Assembly (NCBI GenBank): GCA_965223415.1
Contig: OZ245002.1
Coordinates: 2,336,001-2,400,000, forward strand
DNA: 64,000 nucleotides
Reading direction: 5' to 3'
Source: Myxococcota bacterium
GTDB lineage: Bacteria > Myxococcota_A > UBA9160 > UBA6930
The notes beneath the pieces are model-generated. The model searched no databases, was not told the DNA's origin, and saw nothing but the letters and a program-made list of their open reading frames with translations. The position numbers and the translations under genes are program-made. Positions 18,427 to 29,265 of the stretch are shown here, piece after piece; position 1 is the first letter of the stretch; the number at the start of each line of letters is the position of its first letter.

Positions 18427-20091
18427 CTATTCCTCGACGAAGACGTGCTCCGCTTCGCCGGTCAGCACGTTCTTCAGCACCTTGCCCACCGCGTTGCGCG
18501 GCAGCGGGTTGCTCCGCACCTCCCACACCGTGGGCACCTTGTAGGCCGACAGCACCTCGGCGCACCAGGTCTCGAGGACGCTCGTGTCGATCACGGCGCT
18601 CGGCGTCGGCACGATGATCGCCTTCACCTCCTGCCCCAGCTCCCGGTGGTCGACGCCCACCACGGCGACCTCCGCCACGTCCGGGTGGCCGTCGAGGCGG
18701 TTCTCGATCTCCACCGGGTAGACGTTCTCGCCGCCGCGCAGGATCATGTCCCGCGCCCGGGAGTTGATGTAGAGGCGGCCGTCCTCGAAGCGCCCCACGT
18801 CGCCGGTCGCCAGCCAGCGGCCCGGCAGCAGCGTCTTCGCCGTCGCCTCCGGGTTCCGCCAGTACTCGAGGATGCTGTAGGCGCTGCGCACGAAGATCTC
18901 GCCCTCCCGCCCCTCCGGCAGCGGGTTGCCCACCTCGTCGCGGATCTCGGCCTGCATCGTCAGCGTCGGCCGGCCCACCGAGGTGGGATGCGCCTCGAAC
19001 TCGGTGCCGGTGATCTGGGCGACCACCGCCACGGTCTCGCTCGAGCCGTAGCCGATGCCCAGGTTCCTCGACGCGCTGGGGAAGGCGTTCCGGGCCTTGG
19101 CCTGCACGTCCTCGCTGGCCGGCGCGCCGCCGAAGCCCGTGTTCTGCATCGAGCTGAGATCGCGCCGGGCGAGATCCGGATGCTCGACCACGCGGTGGAG
19201 CATCGACCCGAAGGGCGTCCACTGGGTGATCTTCTCCTCCTCGATGATGCGCAGCACGTCGCCGGCGTCGAAGCGTCCCTCCCGGAAGACGAGCTTGCCG
19301 CCCGTGGCCATGTTCATCGCCACCAGCGCGTAGAGCCCCGAGAGATGGAAGAGCGGCGCCGTCGCGAGGGCGGCCTGGGGCGGCGCGTCCGGCTTCGGGA
19401 TGATGCCGGAGGCGACCGCCACGACCGCGCCGCGCGCGATCTGCTGGCTGGTGAAGCCCACGACGCCGCGATGGGAGGCCACCGCCCCCTTCGGCCGGCC
19501 CGTCGTTCCGCTGGTGAAGAGGATCACCGCCGCTTCGTCCTCGCCGATCGCCACGTCGGGCAGCGGGGCATCCGGAGCGAAGCGAAGCAGCTCGTCGAAG
19601 CCGGACTCGATCTCGAGCACCTGGGTGCCGAGATCGTCCCCCGCCACGCGCTCGAGCCGCCGCCGATCCCCGACCAGGAGCTTCGGCTCCGAGAGCTCGA
19701 CGCCGTAGTGGATCTCGTCCCGGGTCCACCAGCCGTTGAGCGCCGAGACGATGCCGCCGAGGCTCACCGTGGCCCAGAAGGCGATCACCCACTCCGGCCG
19801 GTTGGCGGCCAGGATCGCGACCCGGTCGCCCTTGTCGATGCCGAAGCGTTCCTGGAAGGCGCGGGCCGTGCTGGCGACCAGCCGCCGGTGCTCCTCGAAG
19901 GAGATCCGGCGGTCGCCCATCACCAGGTACTCCTTGCCGTCGTGGCGCTCGGAGGCCTGGAGCAGCTCGCGCAGCGAGTGCGCCCGGTTCTTGAAGACCG
20001 GGAGCTTCTCCCCGAGCACCTCTTCGTCGGTGATCTCGAAGAACCCGCCGGGTCCGGTCAGCTGGGCCTGGACTTCGTCGATGGAAGGCAT
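18427..20091 (-). CDS. long-chain acyl-CoA synthetase
   Basis: FTSGTTGRPKG, YGSSE, TGDVG, GGENVYPVEIE, GKVLK. Confidence 0.95.
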   Translation of the reverse strand: MPSIDEVQAQLTGPGGFFEITDEEVLGEKLPVFKNRAHSLRELLQASERHDGKEYLVMGDRRISFEEHRRLVASTARAFQERFGIDKGDRVAILAANRPEWVIAFWATVSLGGIVSALNGWWTRDEIHYGVELSEPKLLVGDRRRLERVAGDDLGTQVLEIESGFDELLRFAPDAPLPDVAIGEDEAAVILFTSGTTGRPKGAVASHRGVVGFTSQQIARGAVVAVASGIIPKPDAPPQAALATAPLFHLSGLYALVAMNMATGGKLVFREGRFDAGDVLRIIEEEKITQWTPFGSMLHRVVEHPDLARRDLSSMQNTGFGGAPASEDVQAKARNAFPSASRNLGIGYGSSETVAVVAQITGTEFEAHPTSVGRPTLTMQAEIRDEVGNPLPEGREGEIFVRSAYSILEYWRNPEATAKTLLPGRWLATGDVGRFEDGRLYINSRARDMILRGGENVYPVEIENRLDGHPDVAEVAVVGVDHRELGQEVKAIIVPTPSAVIDTSVLETWCAEVLSAYKVPTVWEVRSNPLPRNAVGKVLKNVLTGEAEHVFVEE

Positions 20092-20122
20092 GGGCGGCGA
20101 TTCTATCTCAAGGTCGGGAGCC

Positions 20123-20506
20123 TCAGTCGCCCCCGGCCTGCTCCTTCGCCACCGCCGCGATCTGCTGCTCGACCACGCCCACCAGGCCGGCGGCTCGCGG
20201 ATAGCCGGCGTACTGGGCGATCATCAGCAGGGTCTCGCGGAGCTGGTCGGGGGTGAGCTCGCCCCGCTTCAGGGCGGCCTTCGCCTGGATGCCGAAGGTC
20301 ATGGGCTCGCCCTTCTCGGCGATGATGCCCATGATGATCAGCCGGCGGTCCCGGATCGGGAGCTCCTCACGGCTCCAGACCTCGGCGAAGACCTGCTCGA
20401 GCATCGTGTCCACGAAGGCCATGCCGGGCGGCGGCACCGCCACGTCTCCGGCGTAGACCTCCTTCATCATCTCCGCGCCCCGCTTCCGGCGCTCTGACTC
20501 GCTCAT
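20123..20506 (-). CDS. carboxymuconolactone decarboxylase (CMD/AhpD-like) family protein
   Basis: FAEVWSREELPIRDRRL...YAGYP. Confidence 0.85.
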   Translation of the reverse strand: MSESERRKRGAEMMKEVYAGDVAVPPPGMAFVDTMLEQVFAEVWSREELPIRDRRLIIMGIIAEKGEPMTFGIQAKAALKRGELTPDQLRETLLMIAQYAGYPRAAGLVGVVEQQIAAVAKEQAGGD

Positions 20507-20560
20507 GTCGTGCTCCTGATTTACATTGTGCTTGCAATGGAAATAGTCTACGATCGTCCC

Positions 20561-21742
20561 GTGGTCGACTTCAACCCCTTCGATTACGCCTTCCACGAAG
20601 ACCCGTACCCCGTGTACGCGGCCCTGCGCCGGGAGGCTCCGGTCTACCACAATCCGGAGCTCGGGTTCTGGGCCTTCACCCGCCACGCCGACGTGCTGGC
20701 CGGCTTCAAGGACTGGCAGACCTACTCCAACAAGGAAGGCGTGGCCCTCGAGCAGGGCTCGAGCGCCGGCGGCGATACCACGCCCTTCCTCTCGATGCTC
20801 GGCCTGGATCCGCCGCGCCACGACGGGCTGCGCAACTTGGTATCGCGCGGCTTCACCCCGCGCCGCGTGGCCGCCCTCGAGCCGCGCATCCGGGAGCTGG
20901 CCGTCCACTACGTCGAGCGCTTCCGCGAGCGCGGCGAGTGCGACTTCGTGGCCGAGTTCGCCGGCAAGCTTCCGATGGACGTGGTGAGCGAGATGCTAGG
21001 CGTCCCCGAGAGCGATCGGGACATGCTGCGCGGCTGGGCCGATCAGGTGCTCCACCGCGAGGAGGGCGTGATGGGCCTGCCGGAGGCCTCGGCCCAGGCC
21101 GCGGCCAAGCTCTACGCCTACTACGTCGAGCTGCTGAAGGAGCGCAAGCAGAAGCCCGGCGACGACCTGGTCTCCGCGCTGATCGCCGCCGAGCTGGAGG
21201 GCGAGCGCCTCAGCGACCAGGAGGTGATCGGCTTCCTCTTCCTGATGGTCATCGCGGGCAACGAGACCACGACCAAGCTCCTGGCCAACGCCCTCTACTG
21301 GGCCGACCGCAACCCGGACGAGCGTGCGAAGGTGCGCGCCGACGAGGGCGCCATCCCCGGCTGGGTCGAAGAGACGCTCCGCTACGACAACTCCACCCAG
21401 CTCTTGGCGCGCACCGTCACCCGCGATCACGAGGTCGGCGGGCACACCCTGCGCGAAGGCGAGAAGGTGCTGCTGCTCGTGGGCTCGGCGAACCGGGACG
21501 AAGAGGTCTGGGAGCGGGCCGACGTCTACGACATCGGGCGCGACTGCAGCTCGAGCCTCTCCTTCGGCCGCGGCACCCACTTTTGCCTGGGCGCCTCCCT
21601 GGCCCGGCTCGAAGCGCGTGTCTCCCTCGAGGAGCTGCTGCGCCGGGTGAGCGACATCGAGGTCCAGCACGACGGCCTGGCTCGCGTCCACTCGACGAAC
21701 GTGCGAGGCTTCGCCGCGCTGCCCATCACGTTCACGAGCTAG
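20561..21742 (+). CDS. cytochrome P450
   Basis: LDPPRH, AGNETT, EETLR, FGRGTHFCLG. Confidence 0.95.
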   Translation: MVDFNPFDYAFHEDPYPVYAALRREAPVYHNPELGFWAFTRHADVLAGFKDWQTYSNKEGVALEQGSSAGGDTTPFLSMLGLDPPRHDGLRNLVSRGFTPRRVAALEPRIRELAVHYVERFRERGECDFVAEFAGKLPMDVVSEMLGVPESDRDMLRGWADQVLHREEGVMGLPEASAQAAAKLYAYYVELLKERKQKPGDDLVSALIAAELEGERLSDQEVIGFLFLMVIAGNETTTKLLANALYWADRNPDERAKVRADEGAIPGWVEETLRYDNSTQLLARTVTRDHEVGGHTLREGEKVLLLVGSANRDEEVWERADVYDIGRDCSSSLSFGRGTHFCLGASLARLEARVSLEELLRRVSDIEVQHDGLARVHSTNVRGFAALPITFTS

Positions 21743-21753
21743 GAGCCCTCGTC

Positions 21754-22521
21754 ATGGAGATCGCCGGAAACGTCGCCGTCGTCGTGGGAGGTGCTTCGGG
21801 CATGGCCCGCGCCACCGCGGAGGATCTCGTCGCCAAGGGCGGCAAGGTCGCGATCCTCGATCTCCCGGGCTCCGCCGGCGACGCGGTGGCGAAGGAGCTC
21901 GGCAAGGGCACGACCTTCCACCCCTGCGACGTCACCGACTTCGCAGGAACCGAAGAGGCGCTGGCGGCGGCGGTGGAGGCCCACGGCGCCCTGCACTTCG
22001 CCGTGAACACGGCCGGCGGCGGCATCGCCAAGCGCACGCTCACGAAGGACGGCCCCCACCCGCTCGAGGATTTCCAGCGGGTGATCGACCTGAACCTGGT
22101 CGGCACCTTCAACCTGAACCGGCTCGAGGCCGATCACATGAGCCGCAACGAGCCCGACGAGTCCGGCGAGCGCGGCGTGATCATCAACACCGCGTCGATC
22201 GCGGCCTTCGAGGGGCAGATCGGCCAGGTGGCCTACACCGCGGCCAAGGCTGGCATCGCCGGTATGAGCCTCACCATGGCTCGCGAGCTCGGGAGCCTCG
22301 GCATCCGCGTGAACGCCGTCGCCCCGAGCCTGTTCGCCACGGGCATCACCCAGGGCATCCCCGAGGAGTTCGAGGCCAAGCTCACGAAGGACGCCGCGTT
22401 TCCGAAGCGCATGGGCCGGCCCCACGAGTACGCGCGCCTCGCCGTCGCGATCATCGAGAACCCGATGCTGAACGGCGGCACCATTCGCCTGGACGGCGGC
22501 CAGCGCTTCGCGCCGAAGTAG
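21754..22521 (+). CDS. SDR, type II 3-hydroxyacyl-CoA dehydrogenase / HSD17B10-like
   Basis: [43 protein letters not shown]. Confidence 0.9.
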   Translation: MEIAGNVAVVVGGASGMARATAEDLVAKGGKVAILDLPGSAGDAVAKELGKGTTFHPCDVTDFAGTEEALAAAVEAHGALHFAVNTAGGGIAKRTLTKDGPHPLEDFQRVIDLNLVGTFNLNRLEADHMSRNEPDESGERGVIINTASIAAFEGQIGQVAYTAAKAGIAGMSLTMARELGSLGIRVNAVAPSLFATGITQGIPEEFEAKLTKDAAFPKRMGRPHEYARLAVAIIENPMLNGGTIRLDGGQRFAPK

Positions 22522-22570
22522 GGCGCGTGGTGTCGATGCAGGGCCGCCCAGCTCTGGCCCCCGCTGGCTG

Positions 22571-23187
22571 TCAGCCAGGAGCTCGCCCGAAGGGGAGATC
22601 CTCTGGGAGAATGGCTCTTGTCTGGCATCCGGACCTCCCAGCCGTGGCCGACGCCCTCGGTGCGTCCGAACCGCTGGGCGTCGACGGGGAACAGGCTCCC
22701 GGCGGGGGCGTGCTCGTGGCGCTGGGGCGGATGCTCCGCCTCCTCGATCCGCCAGAGGCGACCCAGGCCCTCGGCCTTGAGGTGGCGGGAGACCGTGGAG
22801 CCGAATCCCCGGTCTCGGCGGCGATCTCCCAGCTCGCCTTCTTGCGCCGTCGGAGCTGCAGCATCCGCTGCACCACCCGCCGAGGCGTCTGGCGCCGGAG
22901 GCGATGGGCGCGGCAGGAGCGATCCTCGAGCCCGCTCTTTCCCTCCGCGTCGTAGCGGGCCAGCCACTTGCAGACCGTATGCCGAGCCACCCCCGCGGCC
23001 TCGGCCGCCTCCGTCACCGGCCAGCCGCGCTCCTGGACCCATGAACCAGCAGCCGACGCATCGCCCGCGTCAGCTTCGCGTTGGCATGAAGTTACTGCCC
23101 CGTGAACTCTCCCCTGATTGTGAGGTCGTTGGACAACGCCATTCTCAGGGCACCCGCAGGTATCAGCAATCTACTAGAAGCCCTACA
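22571..23187 (-). mobile_element. degenerate IS481-family remnant (frameshifted, truncated transposase)
   Basis: LHANAKLT / WPVTEAAEAAGVARHTVCKWLARY..EGKSGLEDRS / STVSRHLK..GLGRL in three frames; minus-strand TGTAG end at 23187; no complete DDE domain. Confidence 0.8.
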
Positions 23188-23562
23188 CCTGTCCCGCTCG
23201 CCGCCACTCGCAATCAACGCTGGCTAACCGCCAGGCCGGCCTCAACGGTCGCGGTTGCGGCACTGCCTTCCGCGCCCCGTCCCAGAAAAGCCGTGACCAG
23301 CCGGCGCGCCGCACCATGCTTCGTTTCGCGTTTCATTCGCATGCTTCTCGCGAGCGCGCGCAGTACACGGCTCGTACGCCACCGAACGCTCCCGGACACT
23401 AGGCGCACCTTCGAACGTTGACTGAATCCACCCCAATTGGGTTGGGTAGAAGCACCTACCGCTAGTTCCGCAATCCCCAACCCTCGTCTTCAGGGTTGCG
23501 CCGTAGCGCTCGTTCAGCATACAAATCAGTCGTCGATTGTTAGTTGCCGGAGGCCGCTCGCG

Positions 23563-24132
23563 ATGAAGATTCCCCCGTATCTCCTCTTCTCGGTCTTGCT
23601 GGCGTCAAATGCCGCTAGTGCGCAGACGCTCACGCTCGACAATCTTTCATTCGTCCACTTCGATGGATCGTCCCAGGACTTCCAGATCCCCTCGGGAACG
23701 GTGGATCTGTCGATTCAGTCTGCCGGCCCGAACCAATGGACGATTCAGGTCAGTCCGGGGAACGTTGATATCCCTGCCTTCGCTTATCCAAGCGGGAAAC
23801 AGGCCACCTGGGGGCTCGCTTCCCTCGCCACCGGCACAGCGAAGCGCAAGGGGAAGAGCGTCGACATTGACGTGGACGTGGTCGCAAGTATCACCGTCAG
23901 CGGGGAAGGGACCCCAGCCCAGTTCCCACTCCAGTTCACCACCGGTACCACCACGGCCAGCCGCGGAAGCGTAACGGTCAGCCGTACAGGCGTACCCCTC
24001 GATACAGGCTCGGGGTACGTCCAGCTGGTCGCCTCGGGCGTGAATAGCGATCGCGCTCCGACAGCGCCTGGGAAGCCCTTCTACATCGTGCTGAGCGGAA
24101 CCATGTCGGGACTCCCTGCAAGTTTCCCCTAG
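23563..24132 (+). CDS. secreted beta-rich hypothetical protein
   Basis: Signal peptide MKIPPYLLFSVLLASNAASA-QT; GGAGG SD. Confidence 0.7.
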   Translation: MKIPPYLLFSVLLASNAASAQTLTLDNLSFVHFDGSSQDFQIPSGTVDLSIQSAGPNQWTIQVSPGNVDIPAFAYPSGKQATWGLASLATGTAKRKGKSVDIDVDVVASITVSGEGTPAQFPLQFTTGTTTASRGSVTVSRTGVPLDTGSGYVQLVASGVNSDRAPTAPGKPFYIVLSGTMSGLPASFP

Positions 24133-24186
24133 CGCGGCCATTCCGACTACGCGAACGATTACGGCCCTCATACCCGGAGCAATCTG

Positions 24187-25310
24187 ATGCGGTTCTGGCG
24201 TTCTCTTCACGCGCTGCTTGTCACCCAGCTCGTTCTACAGCCCGTCCTCTTCCCTGCGGGTGCTTACGCGACGATCGATGACTCTTCCCAGTTCTCGAGT
24301 CGATTGGGCCGGCCGACCCCTGCCAAGAACGCACCCGCCGCCGTCAGCCCTTCGCTTTTCAATGGCGACGCCCGCTACGAGGTCCCGATTGAGGTGCCGG
24401 CGGATCCGGGCGGGATGACGCCGCGGCTAGCACTTCGATACAGCAGTGGCGCCTCGCGCGATTCGTGGGTCGGGTACGGTTGGGACCTCTCGACCTCCCA
24501 GATCCGCCGGTCGCTTCGAGATGGAACTCCCCGCTACTCAGACGCCGGGTTCTGCGCGGCAAACCCAGCGCAGGCTTGCGATCCCACGACGCCTTGCCCG
24601 ACTCAGGTCTACACCCTCGTCATCCAGGGCGAGCCGAACAAGAACTTCAACTACGAGACGTACTGCAAATTCCGCGACCGTTACGAACTCGATGGTGAGC
24701 TGCTTTTGCTCGAATCCTCCGCAGGCGGAATCGATTCCTACCGAACGCGCCGCGAGATGTACGCCATCATCGAACACGACACCGTGAACAACCGGTGGAC
24801 GGTAGCTCGCAAGAACGGTGTAGAGATCCGATATGGATGGAGCCCTGCGACTCGTGTCGACAGCACGGCCGGCCCCACCTACGCGTGGCTCATTGAGGAC
24901 GAATCGGACCCCCGCGGAAACACCGTCAATTACACGTACCACCACGACGGCGGCCGGCCTTATCTTCTCACGGTTACGTACGGGCAGTCCGCGGGTCAGG
25001 GCTGGACAGTCACCTTTGCGACGGAACCCCGGCTTGCCGGCACGACTCGCGTCGCCTACCGGGCAGGCTTCGAGCAGCGCCTCGACCTCCAGCTTCGGGA
25101 TGTTGTTGTTGCGGGCGGCGACGGCGCCAGGATCAGGCGCTATGAGCCGTCGTACATCGTCAGCCCCGACTCTGGTCGACTCTTGCTCGAGCGCATCGTC
25201 GCTCACGGAACGGCCGACGGCTCACAAGGCGGATCCGTTCCGGCGATGGAAACCTCGTTCTCCTACAGCACGAACTCGGGCCCTTCCGATCCCAAGGGAT
25301 TCGTCGTGGA
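24187..25310 (+). pseudogene. SpvB/TcdB-like N-terminal domain of an RHS/YD-type secreted protein, interrupted by IS21
   Basis: GDARYEVPIEVP..GGMTPRLALRYSSG..SWVGYGWDLS..DRYELDGELL..DPRGNTVNYTY..YRAGFE; reading frame runs into the IS21 left end at 25311. Confidence 0.85.
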
Positions 25311-25474
25311 TGTCATTTCTCACGGGCATGACTCACCTTTTCTCACGGGCATGACCCAGGCCTGACCGCGGTTTTCTCACGAGCATGACCCACCCCAGAT
25401 GGGGGGGGCTCAGGAGGAGGCCGGTCCCGTGGCCGACCCAGGCCATTCTGCGGCGCCAGAGGAGGCGCAGGCAG

Positions 25475-27187
25475 ATGGCGTATCGCGAGGTCGGCATGTG
25501 GGAGATTCTGGAGGTGCTCCGCCGGGCGCACCGAGGCGAGAGCCAGGTGGCGATGGCGCGGGCCACGGGGCACACGCGCAAGACGATCCGGCGCTACGTG
25601 CAAGTCGCCGGGGAGCTGGGCTGGGTCGCCAGGGGGCCGAGGGAGCCGGATGAGGCCCTGGCCCAAGGGGTGGCGGCTCGGGTGCGGCCTGTGCCCACGC
25701 AGCGCGACGCGGGAGAGAGCGAGGCGCAGCTGGCGCCGCATGCCGACCGGATCCGAGCGTGGCTCCAGCCCGAGGCGGGTGGCCGAGGACTGCGGCTGAC
25801 GAAGGTCTACGACCTGCTCGGGCGCGAGGGCGTGCGCGTCCCCTACAGCTCGCTCCACCGCTTCGCGGTCCGCCACTGCGGGTTCCAAGACCGGCGCCGG
25901 GTGACGGTGCGCATGGCGGCGGTGGCCCCCGGCGAGCTCGCCGAGGTCGACTTCGGCCGCCTCGGCATGGTCTGGGATCCGGAGACCGGGCGCCGCCGCA
26001 CCGTTCATGCCCTGATCGTCACCCTCGTCCATAGCCGCCACCAGTACGTCCACGTGACCTACGGCCAGAAGCTCCCCGATCTGCTCGAGGGGCTCGAGGA
26101 CGCCTGGGCGTTCTTCGGCGGGGTCCCGGTGCGCGTGGTGCTGGACAATCTGAAGGCGGCCGTCACGAAGGCCGACCGCTACGAGCCGATCTTCCAGCGC
26201 ACCTTCGCCGAGTACGCCCACTACCGCGGCTTCGTCATCGATGCCGCCGTGCCTCGGCATCCCAAGGGCAAGCCCCACGTCGAGCGCCAGGTGCAGTACG
26301 TGCGCGAGCGCTTCTTCCGTGGCGAGCAGTGGCTGGGACGCGACCACGTGCAGCGCGAGGCCGCGCGCTGGTGCCTGGAGGTCGCCGGCCAGCGCACTCA
26401 CGGGACGACGCGCAAGAGGCCCCTGGCCGTCTTCGAGAACACGGAGAAGCCGGCTCTGCAGCCCCTCGTGCGCCCGCGCTTCGATCCGCCCACCTGGGCC
26501 GAGGCGAAGGTCCACCCCGACCACCACGTCCAGTTCCAAAAGGCCTTCTACACCGTGCCCACCCGCCACGTGGGCAAGCGCGTCTGGGTTCGCGGCGACT
26601 CGAAGCTCATCCGCATGTACGTCGACGGCGAGTGCATCAAGACCCACGAGCGCGTGGACCCTGGCTGCCGCTCCACCGACTACCACGACTATCCGCCCGA
26701 GCGTGCCCCCTACGCCATGCGGGACCCGGAAGCGGCGATCCGCCAGGCGCGCGACCAGGGGCCTCACATTGGGCGCTTCGCCGAGAAGCTCCTGGCCGGC
26801 CCCTTCCCCTGGTCCAAGCTCCGCCAGGCCCAGAAGCTGCTTCGCCTCGGCCACAAGTACGGCCTGCCGCGCGTCGACGCCGGCTGCCGCAGGGCCCTCG
26901 CCTTCGACCTCATCAACACGAAGCGCCTCGAACGCATCGTGGCCGAAGGCATCCAGCCGCTCGGCGACCCCAGCACCCCCGGACAGCTCCTGCTCCTGCC
27001 GCCCCGTTTCCTGCGCCCGCAAGGGCACTTCACCCACCCCAACGACAACCCCGACAAGGAGACCACCCCCCATGACGACCGAGATCAACCCGTCCCTCAA
27101 GACCCTGCTCAAACGCCTGAAGCTCTCGGGCATGCTGGCCACGCTCCCCGATCGCGTGGCCTACACCCGGAAGACGAAGCTCCCTGA
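25475..27187 (+). CDS. istA: IS21 transposase IstA
   Basis: N-terminal HTH, PGELAEVDFG, VVLDNLKAAV, KGKPHVER (DDE). Confidence 0.95.
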   Translation: MAYREVGMWEILEVLRRAHRGESQVAMARATGHTRKTIRRYVQVAGELGWVARGPREPDEALAQGVAARVRPVPTQRDAGESEAQLAPHADRIRAWLQPEAGGRGLRLTKVYDLLGREGVRVPYSSLHRFAVRHCGFQDRRRVTVRMAAVAPGELAEVDFGRLGMVWDPETGRRRTVHALIVTLVHSRHQYVHVTYGQKLPDLLEGLEDAWAFFGGVPVRVVLDNLKAAVTKADRYEPIFQRTFAEYAHYRGFVIDAAVPRHPKGKPHVERQVQYVRERFFRGEQWLGRDHVQREAARWCLEVAGQRTHGTTRKRPLAVFENTEKPALQPLVRPRFDPPTWAEAKVHPDHHVQFQKAFYTVPTRHVGKRVWVRGDSKLIRMYVDGECIKTHERVDPGCRSTDYHDYPPERAPYAMRDPEAAIRQARDQGPHIGRFAEKLLAGPFPWSKLRQAQKLLRLGHKYGLPRVDAGCRRALAFDLINTKRLERIVAEGIQPLGDPSTPGQLLLLPPRFLRPQGHFTHPNDNPDKETTPHDDRDQPVPQDPAQTPEALGHAGHAPRSRGLHPEDEAP

Positions 27188-27878
27188 GCTCGACCTCCTG
27201 GAGCTCGTCCTTCAGGACGAAGTCGATCGCCGCGACCACAAGAACCTCGAGACGCGCCTTTCCCGCGCCGGCTTCGAGGAAGAGCAGACCCTCGAGGCCT
27301 TCGACTGGGATGCCCCCGTCACCTTCGATCGCGATCGCGTGAAGGACCTCTTCTCCCTCGGCTTCCTCGAGCGCCACGAGGACGTCATCCTGCTCGGCCC
27401 CGTGGGCGTGGGCAAGACCTTCCTGGCCTCCGCCCTGGGACACGCCGCCTGCCGGGCCGGGCACCACGTCCTCTTCCTCCGCGTCGACCGCATGTTCCAC
27501 TGGCTCCACCAGTCGCGAGCCGACCTCTCGACCGAGAAGGTCTTCCGACGCCTCCTCGCCCCGGACCTCCTCGTCCTCGACGACTTCGGCCTCCGGCGCC
27601 TCTCCGCCGAGCAGTCGAGCGATCTCTACGAGGTCGTCCTCGAACGCCACCGCCGCGCTTCGACGATCGTCACCAGCAACCGCGCCATCGAGGAATGGAT
27701 CCCCCTCTTCGACGACCCCATCCTGGCCCAGAGCGCCCTCGACCGCCTCGCCCACAACGCCTACCAGCTCGTCATCGAGGGCGAGAGCTACCGCAAGCAA
27801 CAGCGCCCCGGCGAAATGCCGACCCACACCCCCGCCAATCCCCAGCGCCGAAGCCGCCGCCGAACCCGCGTCCGCTGA
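27072..27878 (+). CDS. istB: IS21 helper ATPase IstB
   Basis: GPVGVGKT Walker A, LLVLDDFG Walker B, TSNR, LDRLAH. Confidence 0.95.
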   Translation: MTTEINPSLKTLLKRLKLSGMLATLPDRVAYTRKTKLPELDLLELVLQDEVDRRDHKNLETRLSRAGFEEEQTLEAFDWDAPVTFDRDRVKDLFSLGFLERHEDVILLGPVGVGKTFLASALGHAACRAGHHVLFLRVDRMFHWLHQSRADLSTEKVFRRLLAPDLLVLDDFGLRRLSAEQSSDLYEVVLERHRRASTIVTSNRAIEEWIPLFDDPILAQSALDRLAHNAYQLVIEGESYRKQQRPGEMPTHTPANPQRRSRRRTRVR

Positions 27879-28030
27879 CGCCAAACAAGGAGCGTGCTAC
27901 CTCATCCACCGGCCCGGGACCCATGGGTCAACCCCGTGAGAATACCTGGGTCATGCCCGCGGGAATCGACAATTGCTGCTGGTGGGTGACCCGCGGTGGC
28001 GCCTAGACTTGGGCTAGGTCTGAATCATCA

Positions 28031-28372
28031 GTGAGGTTGTTCAACCGGGTCTCTATGCGCACCAAGAGTATGTCGAGATCTCATGGCCAGAGGGAGGTCC
28101 CGGATGAAGATCGGCTCGAAGGTGATAGTCTTGGAACCGCTTCATCGATACTCGAGCCTGATTCAGAACCCGTTCCTCGCGACCGACGCGATCATGGAGA
28201 GCCGGCCGTGGGCTTCGACCTGATCAACTGCCCGCCCATCTTCTTCACGAGTCTGACTCCTGACGATATCGCCGGGCGGGACGCGCTCTATCCGGTCGTG
28301 CCTGAGCCTGGTGTCGCCGTTCTGTTTGCAGCGGCCTTGGCTCTTGGAGCACGCCAGCGGTGGTGGCACTGA
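28031..28372 (+). pseudogene. C-terminal remnant of a PEP-CTERM protein, possibly matrixin-like
   Basis: LTPDDIAGRDALYP-VVPEPG-VAVLFAAALALGA-RQR; no signal peptide; 5' part appears frameshifted. Confidence 0.6.
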
Positions 28373-29265
28373 TCGTTGTTGGCACGCGGGCGCAGGGTCT
28401 TCATGCGATTGCCCTTGTTCTCGCGTTGTTTCATCCGACAGCCGCTTGGACGGACTCGCTGACACCGGCGAGCCTGTCGGACCGGCGTGATCTGACCTGG
28501 AGCTGGTCGAGCGAGTGGTACTGGCGACTCCTCCCCTCTCCTGACGCAGAGCCTGGCTATACGCTGCTCGAGGGCTCGGACTTCCGCGTGCGGGCGATCC
28601 ACGTCGGTCACGGAGACGCGGTGATCATCTGGCTACCTCACCTGGAAGGCACCAGCCGGGCTTCTGAGCTTGCGGCACGGTTTCTTGGAGCCACGGGACT
28701 CGGGGTGGTGGCAGTGCTTCCCCCCTCCAGAGCGCTGCGACTCGAGGCTGGTCCGGGCGCTTGGATCGACCTCCTGGAGCATCGCGTGCGATCGGGCCGA
28801 GCGGCCGTTCGGGAGTTCGGCTCTGACGGGCAGTGCGTGGTCCTGGCCGGGATCAGCCTGGGTGCCCTCGTGGCTGGCGCTGTCGCGGCGCGGGAGCCCG
28901 TAGCGGGATTGGCCCTCCTCTTGGCGGGGGGCGAGCTCACCGAACTGGCCGGCCAGCTGCCGGAGGTCGATGAGCGCTATCCGGGCTTGTCCGTGGAGCA
29001 GCTCACTCCGCGCGATCGTGAGCGGATCGATGCCTTGGAGCCGCTTCGGGTGGCCCCAGCCCTTCGCCCCGAGGAGATCCTGTTCCTCGATGCCTGGTTC
29101 GACGGCGTCGTGCCTCGCGAGTCGAGTGAGCTCCTGTGGCAGCACCTCGGTCGGCCGCAGCGGGTCACGTATCCCGTCGGCCACTTCTCCTTTGCCCTCG
29201 CACTGCCCTGGGCCCTCGAGGCAGTTGCTGACCACGCGGAGAAGGTCTGTGCCGCGCGTGAGTGA
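28360..29265 (+). CDS. alpha/beta hydrolase (start uncertain)
   Basis: GISLG nucleophile elbow, FDGVVP, VGHF. Confidence 0.7.
   Translation: MVALIVVGTRAQGLHAIALVLALFHPTAAWTDSLTPASLSDRRDLTWSWSSEWYWRLLPSPDAEPGYTLLEGSDFRVRAIHVGHGDAVIIWLPHLEGTSRASELAARFLGATGLGVVAVLPPSRALRLEAGPGAWIDLLEHRVRSGRAAVREFGSDGQCVVLAGISLGALVAGAVAAREPVAGLALLLAGGELTELAGQLPEVDERYPGLSVEQLTPRDRERIDALEPLRVAPALRPEEILFLDAWFDGVVPRESSELLWQHLGRPQRVTYPVGHFSFALALPWALEAVADHAEKVCAARE

Larger units (their letters stand above)
25311..27971 (+). mobile_element. IS21-family insertion sequence (2661 bp)
   Basis: TG...CA ends; IR TGTCATTTCTCACGGGCATGACTCA vs TGTCGATTCCCGCGGGCATGACCCA; three left and two right subterminal repeats; istA and istB. 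Confidence 0.95.

Noticed and set aside
22552..22565. CTCTGGCCCCCGCT resembling the palindrome arm at the island boundary
   Set aside because: Only ~13 nt of GC-rich match with an indel, no TTAA and no flanking skew; could be chance.
25316..25392. Three ~20-bp direct repeats resembling a mini CRISPR array
   Set aside because: Spacers are 3 and 14 bp, inverted copies occur at 27924-27971 and no cas genes are present; these are IS21 transposase-binding repeats.
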